From NCBI RefSeq assembly GCF_006345805.1, contig NC_043007.1, positions 19,406,001-19,470,000 on the forward strand: a stretch of 64,000 nt of DNA, written 5' to 3'. The notes beneath the pieces were generated by a model, which searched no databases, was not told where the DNA came from, and worked only from the letters and a program-made list of their open reading frames with translations. Each line of letters starts with the position of its first letter. Position 1 is the stretch's first letter. Shown in pieces: positions 50,029 to 61,549 of the stretch. Origin of the DNA: Octopus sinensis (lineage: Eukaryota). The position numbers and the translations under genes are program-made.

Positions 50029-50073
50029 CGCACGGACTGCAGTATCGAGGTTTTGACCTGTCATCAGCGTACG
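50029..50073 (-). ncRNA. Minimal type I hammerhead with two point lesions
   Basis: Minus strand CGTACG-CTGATGA-C-AGGT-CAAA-ACCT-C-GATA-CTGCAG-TC-CGTGCG. Stem I has 6 bp, stem III is the palindrome ACTGCAGT and the site is GUC. GAAA reads GATA, and 10.1 is C rather than G. Confidence 0.75.
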
Positions 50074-50386
50074 ACAATCACTGGTTTTCGATGAAAGGTG
50101 TTCCAATGCAAATCCTTATATCGTTTATCCAGTAACTTTTCACCACTGATCTTGAAAAACTGTATGCAAGCAATAATAAATCTCTCTCTATATATATAAA
50201 TTCAAGGTAATTTCTTGTTAAGCATGTCATTCAGGAAGTCCTATGAGCCGCAGTTTGCCCATGAGAGCTCTCTATATAATCCCTTTAAGGTACCAGAAAT
50301 AGCAGCCAAATAGCTCCACCATTTTTTGTTTGTTCAAGAGCAGATTCAATGATGTATTTGAAAGTATGTTATTGAGAAAAATAAAA

Positions 50387-50800
50387 GGCGGTGAGCTGGC
50401 AGAATCGTTAGCATGCTGGGTGAAATGCTTAGCAGTATTTCGTCTGCCGTTACGTTCTGAGTTCAAATTCCGCCAAGGTTGACTTTGCCTTTCATCCTTT
50501 CAGGGTAGATAAATTAAGTACCAGTTATGCACTGGGGTCGATATAATCGACTTAATCCCTTTGTCTATCCTTGTTAGTCGCCTCTGTGTTTATCCCCTTC
50601 TAGGTAGTAAAGAAATAGGTATTTTGTCTGTCTTTACGTTTTGAGTTCAAATTCCGCCGAGGTCAACTTTGCTTTTCATCCTTTCGGGTAGATAAATTAA
50701 GTACCAGTTACGCACTGGGGTCGATATAATCGACTTAATCCCTTTATCTGTCCTTGTTAGTCCCCTCTATGTTTAGCCCCTTGTGGGCAATAAAGAAATA
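50387..50800 (+). mobile_element. SINE A dimer (full monomer plus box-A-less unit)
   Basis: Same GGTAGTAAAGAAATA|GGTATT junction at 50618 as in the 46.2-46.9 kb array. Confidence 0.93.
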
Positions 50801-51465
50801 AAAAATAAAACTGGTTGAGCATCATGACTTAAATGCATTTATTAAGGATCTTTTGTTTGATCAAAGCAACAGCATCAGCTGCAGCCCTTAGACACTTCTT
50901 GAATATTTACCATTTGCTGCTGGAACAAAATGCTTCAAGATGTATCGTTCAGCAGTTGCAATTTTGTTGTAATCATTTCACTTCCAGAACAAATGTCATG
51001 AAAACTTTTATGGTTCATCCTTAATCAAGGGACATAACTTTAACAATTGTCAATTGTCTCACCCCACCCAATCCCCAGTCCACCCCCATGGATCCTCTAT
51101 GTATTTGTATGAATTGCTAGAAAGTGCACCCCTTCAATAATAATAATAATAATAATGAAATTATTGTATACAGAGCTCAGGTGCACCACAACTTGTCAGA
51201 AAGTGCGTATAAAGTATATGCAGTAATGTACAAATGTCTGGAAAGCGAACAGTGTATGAGTCAGATACATGCTTGCGTGTGTATGGAGGGGAGAAAATCA
51301 GGTGTAGTGTTGGCGAATCTCAGGAAGCATGGAAGTTTTGAAGGATGCACTGCTCTGACAACTAACAACTGATGCCGGCACTTAGCGTGAAAAAATGGAC
51401 TTGTTGTATAACGGAGACCCACCTTCCGTAAATGAATGGTAAGCCCATACATACATACATACACA

Positions 51466-52288
51466 CATCATAATTATTTAACGTCCATTATCCATGCTAG
51501 CATGGGTTGGACGGTTTGACCAGGGCTAGTAAGCTGGATAGCTGCACCAGACTCCAGTCTGATTTGGCATGGTTTTCTAGAGCTGGATGCCCTTCCTAAT
51601 GCCAACCACTCCAAGAATGTAATGGGTGCTTTTATGTGCCATTTGCATGACACCAGTATCTGCCACAACTGTGATTTTGCTCGGCTTGATGGGTCTTCTC
51701 AATCACAACATAATGCCACAGGTTTCGATCATTGCCCAACATTCAAAAGGAGCTCAACCACTTTGCCTCCGTGAGGCCCAAGACATGAAAGGTGCCTTTT
51801 ACATACCACTTGCACAGGTACCAGTTATGTGACACCGGTATCTGCCATGACTGTGATTTTGCTCGGCTTGATGGGGCTTCTTCTCAAATACAACATAATG
51901 CCAAAGGTCTCACTCATTGCCTCTGTGAAGCCCAACATTCAAAAGGAGCTCAACCACTTTGCCTCTGTGAGGCCCAACGCTTGAAAGGTGTTTTCTACAT
52001 GTCACCTGCACAGGTGCCAGTTAAGTGACACCAGTATCAGCTATGACTGTGCTTTGACTTGGCTTGACAAGTCTTCTCAAGCATGACATCGCCAAAGGTC
52101 ACGGTCACTAGTCATTGCTTCTGTGAGACCCAAAGTTTAGAAATCACTCTTCACCACCTCAACCCATGTCTTCCTGGGTCTACCTCTACCATAGGTTCCC
52201 TCCACAGTTAGGGACCAGCACTTTTTTACACAGCTGTCCTCGTCCATACGCATCACATGACCTTACCAACACAGTCGTCTCTCTTGCA
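51466..52288 (-). mobile_element. RTE-clade LINE 3' fragment (ORF2 C-terminus plus full 3'UTR), the parent of family D
   Basis: QERRLCW*GHVMRMDEDSCVKKCWSLTVEGTYGRGRPRKTWVEVVKSDF*TLGLTEAMTSDRDLWR is the RTE RLRW.GHV.R...G.R.RGRPRKTW...DR..WR motif. It is contiguous with the family D tail. Confidence 0.92.
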
Positions 52289-52954
52289 GTGGGGTAAGTC
52301 TATAGAATGAATAAGTATTCTCTTAATGATTCCAAGGTGCCCTCACCAGTGTATCCAGGTTTACTGCCCATGTTGGGCATTTTCAAGTAATGCCACAGGC
52401 TTCTCTTTAGAATTCCATTCACAATTTTAACACAAGACCAGCAATTGGGTTGGGGTGGTTTAAATCAATTACATGGACCCCAGTGTCCATCTGGTACCAA
52501 CTTTATTGACCCTGGATGGGAGAAAGTCAAAGTCAACCGTGACAGTATTTGAACCCAGAATGTAAAGACGGACGAAATGCTGCTAAGCATTTTGACCGAC
52601 ACACTAACAGCTTGCTTCCTTACTTCATAGAAATATCCAATTAGCATCTGTACATTTATCATTTTTGACCCTGGAAGGAAGAAAAGTTAACCTTGACAGC
52701 ATTTGAACTCAGGTCTCTAGCTAAACATTGTAAAGCATTTCAACAGATGCTCTAGTGATTCTGGGAACATCCATGTCATTGCAATTACCATTAAGTATTT
52801 CTGACCCCTTTTTTCACATCATCGATGCGTTTGTCCTCAAAGACAACCTTGACTCCTCCCCATGCCGTAGCCAGACAGAGCATTCTTGCTGCAGAAGATT
52901 TCCACAAGAGATCATTATTTAAACAATGCCTTCCTGAGATGGACTGCAGTCCAT

Positions 52955-53825
52955 TTATAGACAGAGAGAGAGACAATGGAAGAATCTGATTGGGTTTGAA
53001 GTGAAATAGGCCTTTTGTGTGTGTGTGTGTGTGTGTGTTTGTGTGTGTGAGTAAGAGAGAAAGAGAGAGAATAAGTGAGATATGTAGAGAGATAGAGAGA
53101 GAGAGAGAGAGAGAATGAGTGAGATATGTAGAGATAGAGAGAGAGAGAGAATGAGTGAGATATGTAGAGATAGAGAGAGAGAGAGAATGAGTGAGATATG
53201 TAGAGATAGAGAGAGAGAGAGAGAGAGAGATGAGTGAGATATGTAGAGATAGAAAGAGAGAGAGAGATAGCAAGTTAAAGATGAGAGAGAAAAAGGAGGG
53301 AAGAAAGATGAGAAAGACAAAAGAAGAGAGAAGAGGAGTGGAATGAAAGGAAGGAATGCAGAGAAAGAGAGAGAGAGAGAAAAAGAGAGAGAGAGAGAAA
53401 AAGAGAGAGAGAGAGAGAAAGAGAAAAAAAGAGAGAGAGAAAAAGAGACAGACAGACAGACAGACAAGGATAAAGATAAAGGAAAATGTAGAGAGACAGA
53501 AATGTGGAAAGAGAAAAAGGACAAAGCAAAAGAGAGAGAGAGAGAGGAAGAGATAGAGAGATAAAGCAGGAAGAGGAGGGAGTGAGGGAGAGAGGGAGAG
53601 AGAGAGAGATAAATGTGGAACAAAGCAACACAATATATAAACATAATTAAAAGTAGTCGCCATTTGTGACAGTAATCGAAGGCAAAGGTCAACAAAAGAA
53701 GCTGCTAAGCATCTCTATTAAAACAATCCCTCCTCGCCCACCACACACTATTATTCACTGTTATATAATTCTCTCCTTTCTTACTTTGCTATTTATTTGG
53801 TGGGAAGGACTGATTACTCTCTCTT

Positions 53826-53858
<33 letters not shown>

Positions 53859-54187
53859 TTTCCTTCTTTCTCCCTTTCACTCAATTATTACCTTCTTTTT
53901 CCAGTCACCTCTCTCTCTCTCTCTCTCTTTCCTTTTCTTTCTCTTTCTTTCTTTCTATTGTTCTCTTCTCATGGGTTTTAATCATTTAATTTGCATTCTT
54001 TTCTTTTTTCTTTCTCTGTGTTAATTTGTAGGCAATTGACCTATACTAAGATGAATAATATATATGTGAGTGTGTGTGTGTGTGTGTGTGTATAAATAAA
54101 TATATATGTGTGTATAGACAGACAGACAGACAGACAGATAGATAGATAGATAGATAGAGACAGAGAGAGAGGGAAATAGATGGATAG

Positions 54188-54218
<31 letters not shown>

Positions 54219-54235
54219 TAGATGGATAGATAGAT

Positions 54236-54270
<35 letters not shown>

Positions 54271-54338
54271 CAGATAGATAGAAAGATAGATATATAGAAA
54301 GATAGATAGATAGATAGATATATAGAAAGATAGATAGG

Positions 54339-54371
<33 letters not shown>

Positions 54372-54379
54372 GGATAGAC

Positions 54380-54414
<35 letters not shown>

Positions 54415-54423
54415 GGGATAGAC

Positions 54424-54454
<31 letters not shown>

Positions 54455-54455
54455 C

Positions 54456-54486
<31 letters not shown>

Positions 54487-54520
54487 CAGACAGAAAGATA
54501 GATAGATAAATATATATATG
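52955..54520. repeat. (GA)n, (TC)n and (GATA)n microsatellite field
   Basis: Directly visible, with a repeated GAGTGAGATATGTAGAGATAG subunit. Confidence 0.95.
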
Positions 54521-54788
54521 AGTGAGATATGTAGAGAGATAGACAGCGAGGCAGCAAATTAAAGATGAGAGAGAAAAAGAAAGGTGAGAAAGATAAATGA
54601 AGCGAGATGGCACGTAAAAAGCACCCACTACACTCTCGGAGTGGTTGGCATTAGGAAGGGCATCCAACTGTAGAAACTCTGCCAGATCAAGATTGGAGCC
54701 TGGTGCAGCCATCTGATTTGCCAACCCTCAGTCGAAATCGTCCAACCCATGCTAGCATGGAAAGCAGATGTTAAACGATGATGATGAT

Positions 54789-54829
<41 letters not shown>

Positions 54830-55549
54830 GATAAACAAGACACAAACTCACACCCGTGCTTATATGCCTATGTGGAGTTGTGTGGGCTAGTTGTTAGGAT
54901 GTTGCAGTCATGATAGTAAGATTGCGGTTTCAATTCCAGGACCAGGTGGTGCATTGGGTCCTTGGGCAAAACACTTCATTTCATGTTGCCCCAGTCCACT
55001 CAGCTGGAAAAAAGTGAGTAATCCTGGAAGGGACTGTCATCCCATCCAGGAGAGGAGTTATATATGCCACAATCCAGGAGACTGGCCTTCTTATGATGGG
55101 CTCACAGTTCAAGAAGAACCTTTGACCCCTTCATCATATTCTTTTATTTTTTTTTTGTTTCAGTCATTTGACTGCGGCCATGCTGGAGCACCACCTTTAG
55201 TCGAACAAATCGACCCCAGGACTTATTCTTTGTCAGCCTAGTACTTATTCTATCGGTCCCTTTTGCCAAACTGCTAAGTTATGGGGATGTAAACACACCA
55301 GCATCGGTTGTCAAGCGATGTTGGGGGACAAACACAGACACACAAACATATGCACACGTATAAATATGTATACATATACATATATATGACGGGCTTCTTT
55401 CCTTTTCCATCTACCAAACCACTCATAGGGCTTTCGTCAGCCGAAGGCTATAGTAGAAGACACTTGCCCAAGGTGCCATGCAGTGGGACTGAACCTGGAA
55501 CCATGTAGTTGGTAAGCAAGCTGCTTACCACACAGCCACTCCTGTGCGT

Positions 55550-55589
<40 letters not shown>

Positions 55590-56247
55590 TATATATATAT
55601 TATCCTTTGCTTGTTTCAGTAATAAGACTGTGGCCATGCTGGAGTATCACGTTTGGGAATTTTAGTTGACCAAATCAACACTAGCACTTATTATAATTTT
55701 TGAAAGCCGGGTAATTATTCTATTGGTTTCTTTTGCTGAACTGCTAAGTTTGAAGCACATAAACACCACCCAAAACTACTTGTCAAGTGATGATGTGGGG
55801 TGGGGGAAGGGACAAACATAAACACATGCACATAGATCCACACACACACACACACGATGGGATTCTTTTAGTTTCCATCTACCAAATCCACTTGGTCCGA
55901 GGTTTTAGTAGAAGACTTCTTTCAGTTTCCACCTACCAAATCCACTCACAAGGCTTTGGTTGGCCCGAGGCTATAGTAGAAGACACTTGCCCAAGGTGCC
56001 ATGCAGTGGGACTGAACCCAGAACCATGTGGTTGGTTAGGAAGCTACTTACCAAACAACCACTCCTACACCTATATATATATATATATATTGGATTTATA
56101 TGTTCCACTTGTGTCGTTCACTGACGTTTGTTTCACTGTTTCAATTTACATATATATATAATATAATATATATGTAACAGGTGGGGGTTGGCGTCAGGAA
56201 GGGCATCCGGCCGTAGAAAGCTTGCCACATGCTTAGCGCTGCGTATA

Positions 56248-56290
<43 letters not shown>

Positions 56291-57059
56291 CAAATTTACA
56301 AAAGAAAAAGACAGGTGAGGGAACAACAGGCAGGTGTGTTAGTTTGATGCTTGAGAAAAATGGAAAAAAGTCTTTAATATATATATATATACATAGGTAT
56401 ATGTACATACATACATCTATATGCATATACATATGTGCGCACACACACATACACACACATATATAATCTATGTTAATGAGAATACATATATATTCATGTG
56501 CAGACCCATGAATACACAAATAAAAGAAAATTGACAAAAGAAGGCATAAAATTACAGTATCATTGAGTGCACAGTATAACATGTTATGACATGCATTATA
56601 TAACATGATGTGGTATGATATAGCATAGTAGATATATGTTATATCACATGATGTGATATCCTTGACCTTCAACCATGCTCTATGTTTGTGGTCCAGCAGT
56701 TGGTTGACCGAGGTGCAGAGAGGCAATTTGGACAGTTTACACCTTGAGAAATCTTGCATAATATGAGCTGAATGAGGGAGACCTCTATGTGGTCAGTCAG
56801 CCGGCTAGAAATGGCAGGAGAAATCTCCCATGAGTTTTATAGCTGTGATGTGTTAAAGAAAGAATGATACATTGGTGGACAAGGACAAAGTTGTCTTTGA
56901 GAGAAATGCAAAAACAGAATAGACAAAATAAGCTGACTGGCTGGCTGGATAAATAGAGATGGATGGATGGATATAGACAGACAGACAGAGATAGATAGAC
57001 ATAAATAGATGGGTGGATGAATAAAATGATGGAAAGATACACAGATAGACAGAAATATA

Positions 57060-57090
57060 AAAAGATAGATAGACAGACAGATAGACAGAC

Positions 57091-57183
<93 letters not shown>

Positions 57184-57302
57184 GTTAGATAGATAGATAG
57201 ATGGATAGATAGATGGATGGATGGATGGATGGATGGATGGATGGATGGATGGATGGATGGATGGACGGACGGACGGACGGACGGACGGACGGACGGACGG
57301 AC

Positions 57303-57342
<40 letters not shown>

Positions 57343-57360
57343 GGACAGACAGACAGAAAG

Positions 57361-57396
<36 letters not shown>

Positions 57397-57400
57397 GGAT
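57060..57400. repeat. Compound tetranucleotide array (GACA)n-(GATA)-(GATG)n-(GACG)n-(GATA)n
   Basis: Directly visible. Confidence 0.95.
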
Positions 57401-57469
57401 ATATTAGCTATATCCTAACACAATTTCTGCTTTACACCTAACATTAAAGTTGGCCTTTAGCATTATATT

Positions 57470-57843
57470 GGTATAATGTGGTGGTGGGGGGATGTAGTGG
57501 TGGCGGTGGTAGTGGTGGCGGTGCGTGTGTGTGTGTGGGGGGGGGGGGCAAGTTGCATGGTGTTGTGAGTGATGTGGGGGATTGTCATGTTGTCTGTATG
57601 CGTGTGTGTGTGTGTGTGTGTTTTATTGTGCAACATATTGAATGCATGTGTGTCATTATGTGTGTATTGTATGAATGCATTTTGTGTGTGTGTGTGTGTG
57701 TGTATACATTGCATGTGAATGCATGTGTGTGTATGCATACATGTGTGTGTATGCATATGTGATGCACATTATCCATGTTTCTTGTGTGTCTGCAAATGCA
57801 TGCTGTGTATGTATGTGTGTGTGTGTGAAATAGTTTCTGTATC

Positions 57844-57877
<34 letters not shown>

Positions 57878-57945
57878 TGTGAATACATAAGAGTGTCTGT
57901 GCCTGCGTGTGTATGGATGTGTTTGCATCTGTGTATAAGGATATG

Positions 57946-57987
<42 letters not shown>

Positions 57988-58068
57988 AGTGAGTGTGTCA
58001 TATATGTAAAGGTATATGCGTATGTGTCTGCAAGTGTAAGTATGTTTGCCTGTGTGTATACATATATG

Positions 58069-58106
<38 letters not shown>

Positions 58107-58140
58107 TGTGTGTGAGCATGTGCGTGTGTGTGCTTCTGTG
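57470..58140. repeat. (TG)n-rich low-complexity field
   Basis: Directly visible. Confidence 0.93.
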
Positions 58141-58890
58141 TATGTGTTTAATTTGTCAATGTAATAACCAGGCCAGATGACTGTTACAGACCTAGAAGTG
58201 GTGGTGGGAGGGGCAAAGAAAGGGCCGTTAAGGTACCAAAGAGAGTGGGAGGTTAAGAAAAGAAGGATGAGAGACAGAGAGAGAGAGAGAGGGAGTGATT
58301 GAGGCGGTAGTGGTGGTGGTGGTGGTGGTGGTGGTGGTGGTATGCCACACTGTCACCTAGTTACACCCCACTAGTTAGAGGACGAGGGGGAGGTGTGGGG
58401 ACGTTGAAAGGTCGGTCGGTCGGTGAAAGGGGAAGGCGGGGTGGATAATGATGTAGTGCGGAGGGGGGAGGAGGCAGTGGGGGGGGGGCTGACGGTGGGG
58501 GAGGGTAGGGTGTGTGGAATAATGGTACTATTATATTGGAATTTCAGAAAATGTCACAGAGGAGATTTATATATTTTGTTCAGAAACGGAGAAAAGAAAG
58601 GATGTGTGAGTGAATATGTCTGGTAATATAATTATATACAATTATATATATACATATATACATATATATATGTGTGTATATGATTATTTAGCGGCAGCGT
58701 GGTAAGTAGTTTGCTTACCAACCACATGGTTCCAGGTTCAGTCCCACTGCGTGGCACCTTGGGCAAGTGTCTTCTACTATGGCCTCACACAGACCAAAGC
58801 CTTGCGAGTGGATTTGGTAGATGCAAACTGACAGAAGCCAGTCATATATATATGTTTCCTTGTTTCTCTCCTTGTTTCTTTTCTGTGTAT

Positions 58891-58926
58891 CTTTCTGTCG
58901 AAGAGCGTAGGCTCGAAACGTAAAAG
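58891..58926 (+). ncRNA. Ultra-minimal hammerhead-like motif (variant core) in a Penelope-type module nested in SINE B (about 58853-59020)
   Basis: CTTT-CTGTCGA-A-GAGC-GTAG-GCTC-GAAAC-GTA-AAAG. Stems I and II are perfect and stem III is the palindrome ACGT. Position 6 is U instead of A. Confidence 0.65.
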
Positions 58927-59971
58927 ACTTGTTCTATTTCTATTCCTGAGCGCCATACTAATACATTTGTTTATTTGTACTCCACCTGCCTTCGTCTTTT
59001 GTTTATTTTCGTAAACCTTCCCCCCATCCGCCCATACAACATTGCTTGACAACCGATGCTGGTATGTTTACGTCTCCATAACTTAGCAGTTTGGCAAAAG
59101 AGACCGATAGAATAAGTACTAGGCTTACAAAGAATAAGTCCTGAGGTCGATTTGTTCGACTAAAGCCTGAATTATGTACATTATTTACAATGTAAACAAT
59201 GTAAATACAAAAGAGGTTGAACAAAAGCGCTAGTGATCCCGACAAGAGAAGGTGAACCCAGCATGGAAAACTGATGTATGATGCTGACAATGATGATGAT
59301 GCTGACAATGATGATGGACGAAGTCAGCGAGCAGGCAGAAACACTAGCATGCCGGACGAAATACTTAGCAGTATTTTGTCTGTCTTTATGTTCTGAGTTC
59401 AAATTCAGCCAAGGTCAACTTTGCCTTTCATCTTTTCAGGTTCATAAATTAAGTACCAGTTGCATACTGGGGTCAATCTAATCAGCTGGTTCCTGACCCC
59501 AAAATTTCAGGCCTTGTGCCTCAAGTAGAAATGATGATGATGACATGGAAGTATGTATGTGAACACATTTATGCTGTACCTGTGTCCTGACATCATGTGA
59601 TGATTGTAAATGAGCATCCCTGTTAAGCAAGTGGTGCTGTTTGTTTCTGGTCTCCTGTATTAACATGTCTGGCTATGGAGAGGTGTTACCTTGCTTAGAA
59701 ACAAGTAAAGGTTACAAGACAGGCATCCAGCCATAAAAAATATCTGCCTCAATGAATTCCAACTGACCCATGCGATCATAGAAAAGTGGACATCAAATGG
59801 CGATGATGATGATAAGTATATACACATGTACATAAACATACATACATATATAATACACATACATACATACATATATATAGTTAATCCAAACATGAAAACG
59901 CAAAGAGAAAACACAACAACACGAGGACGTGGAACAAATATAGTATTATTGGATGCACAAGAAAGAAGGAG

Positions 59972-60010
59972 GGATTAACGTTTCGAGCGGAGCTCTTCGT
60001 CGGAAACATA
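59972..60010 (-). ncRNA. Hammerhead-like motif in a Penelope-type module (about 59880-60090; partial copy about 61770-61860)
   Basis: Minus strand GTTT-CCGACGA-A-GAGC-TCC-GCTC-GAAAC-GTT-AATC. Position 4 is C instead of U, and stem I is weak. Confidence 0.55.
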
Positions 60011-61043
60011 GGAGAAGGAAAGATCCAGAGAAGGGAAGACAGAGGAAAAAAAAAAATCGCCAACGGTACACATGTGGTCACATTTTGAATATAAAATATT
60101 GTATATGTACATTATATATAAATATATACATACATCTATACCCCCATCATCCTCATCACCATCATCATGATTATCATCATCATCAAATAGCTCTTTTCCA
60201 TGCTGGCATGGGTTGGATAGTTTGACAGGAGCTGACAAGTGAGAGGACTGCACCAAGCTCTGCTGTCTGCTTTGATGCACTATGGTATTTATGGATGAAT
60301 GCCCTTCCAAGTGCCAATCACTTTATAGAGTGGACTGAGTGCTTTTTCTATGTGGCACCAGCACCAGTGAGGTTACCCAATATGTTGCCAGACAGAGGCC
60401 CCTGAACTGAGAGGAAGAGGGCATTGAGCAAAGGGGATTTTGTGCCAGATGGTGAGGGGCTGAATTATGGTAGAGGAACAAAAATAGGTGTCTTACTGTA
60501 GAGGAGATACATGGCAACCCCAGTCGGAGAAAGAGAGAGAGGGTGGAGGGAGAGAAGACGATGGTGAAGATGCGCCAGGGCATACCCTTAAGGTACAAGG
60601 AGGTGAATGTAAGAGAAGGGGTACAGAGGAGTGGACAGGATAAGTGATTGGGGTGGAGAGAGGGTATACAGTGAGTGATGAACATAGGTTTACAAACTGA
60701 CACTTCATTGGTTATGATGACGAACGTTCCAGCTGATCCGATCAACGGAACAGCCTCCTTGTGAAATTAACATGCAAGTGGCTGAGTGCTCCTAACCAGT
60801 AAGTCACATGCCTTCCATACACAAGTATATAAGAGAGCAGCAGGATAGCAAAGATATAGCTGGTAGAGGGGAGGGGCAAAGGGGAGGGGTCAGGCAAGAA
60901 AGATGTCAAAGTGGCAATAATTGATCCCATCCTGAATCTCTGACGATCAGTTTTCAGCAGTTTGATCAATTCAACAACCAGACTCATTGAAATTGTGAAT
61001 AAGTGGTTGAGTATCCCAAGACAAGCATAACCTTTAACCCTAC

Positions 61044-61385
61044 ACTCACTACCCACAACACTCACCAGATTTAGTGCCTTCAGTCTATCATCTCTTCAGC
61101 GCCATGAAAGAGGGTTTGAGAGGCAAACGTTATTCCATTGACAAGGAAATGAAAACTGTAGTGAAAAAGTGGCTCAAAGAACAGCCAACAGAATTTTACA
61201 GGACAGGGATACATGCTCTCATTCGAAGGTGGAACATTGCTATTGAGAGAAACAGTGACTATGTTGAGAAGTAGGGATGTGATCCACAGAGAACCAGCTT
61301 CATTTTGATGTATGATACATGTTCCTGTGTTGGTAATTATACCTGTCCTAAACAAAATGGCATTAGTTTTTAACTCACCCTCATA
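61044..61385 (+). mobile_element. 3' fragment of a mariner transposon (transposase C-terminus, stop at 61274, right TIR ending TA)
   Basis: HSPDLVPSVYHLFSAMKEGLRGKRYSIDKEMKTVVKKWLKEQPTEFYRTGIHALIRRWNIAIERNSDYVEK* matches YSPDLAPSDYHLF...LRG.RF...W...Q..EFY..GI..L..RW......GDYVEK. The third catalytic D is mutated. Confidence 0.92.
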
Positions 61386-61411
61386 TTTGGTAGACAAAAA
61401 CTGAAAGAAAC

Positions 61412-61457
<46 letters not shown>

Positions 61458-61506
61458 ATATATATATAATATATATACTTATTTTAAGCAGCAGAAAATT
61501 CAACAA

Positions 61507-61549
61507 AATCTGTTACTCTGAGTTTCTCGTTGCCGTTCATCAGACAGTT
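61507..61549 (-). ncRNA. Minimal type I hammerhead with intact core nucleotides
   Basis: Minus strand AACTGT-CTGATGA-ACG-GCAA-CGA-GAAA-CTCAGAG-TA-ACAGATT, with a GUA site and an A.A mismatch closing stem II. Enclosed by a perfect 19-bp inverted repeat (61479-61497 / 61548-61566). Confidence 0.78.

Noticed and set aside
52800-52960. Balanced-composition unique stretch, possible exon
   Set aside because: No matching acceptor/donor pair and no recognisable peptide in any frame.
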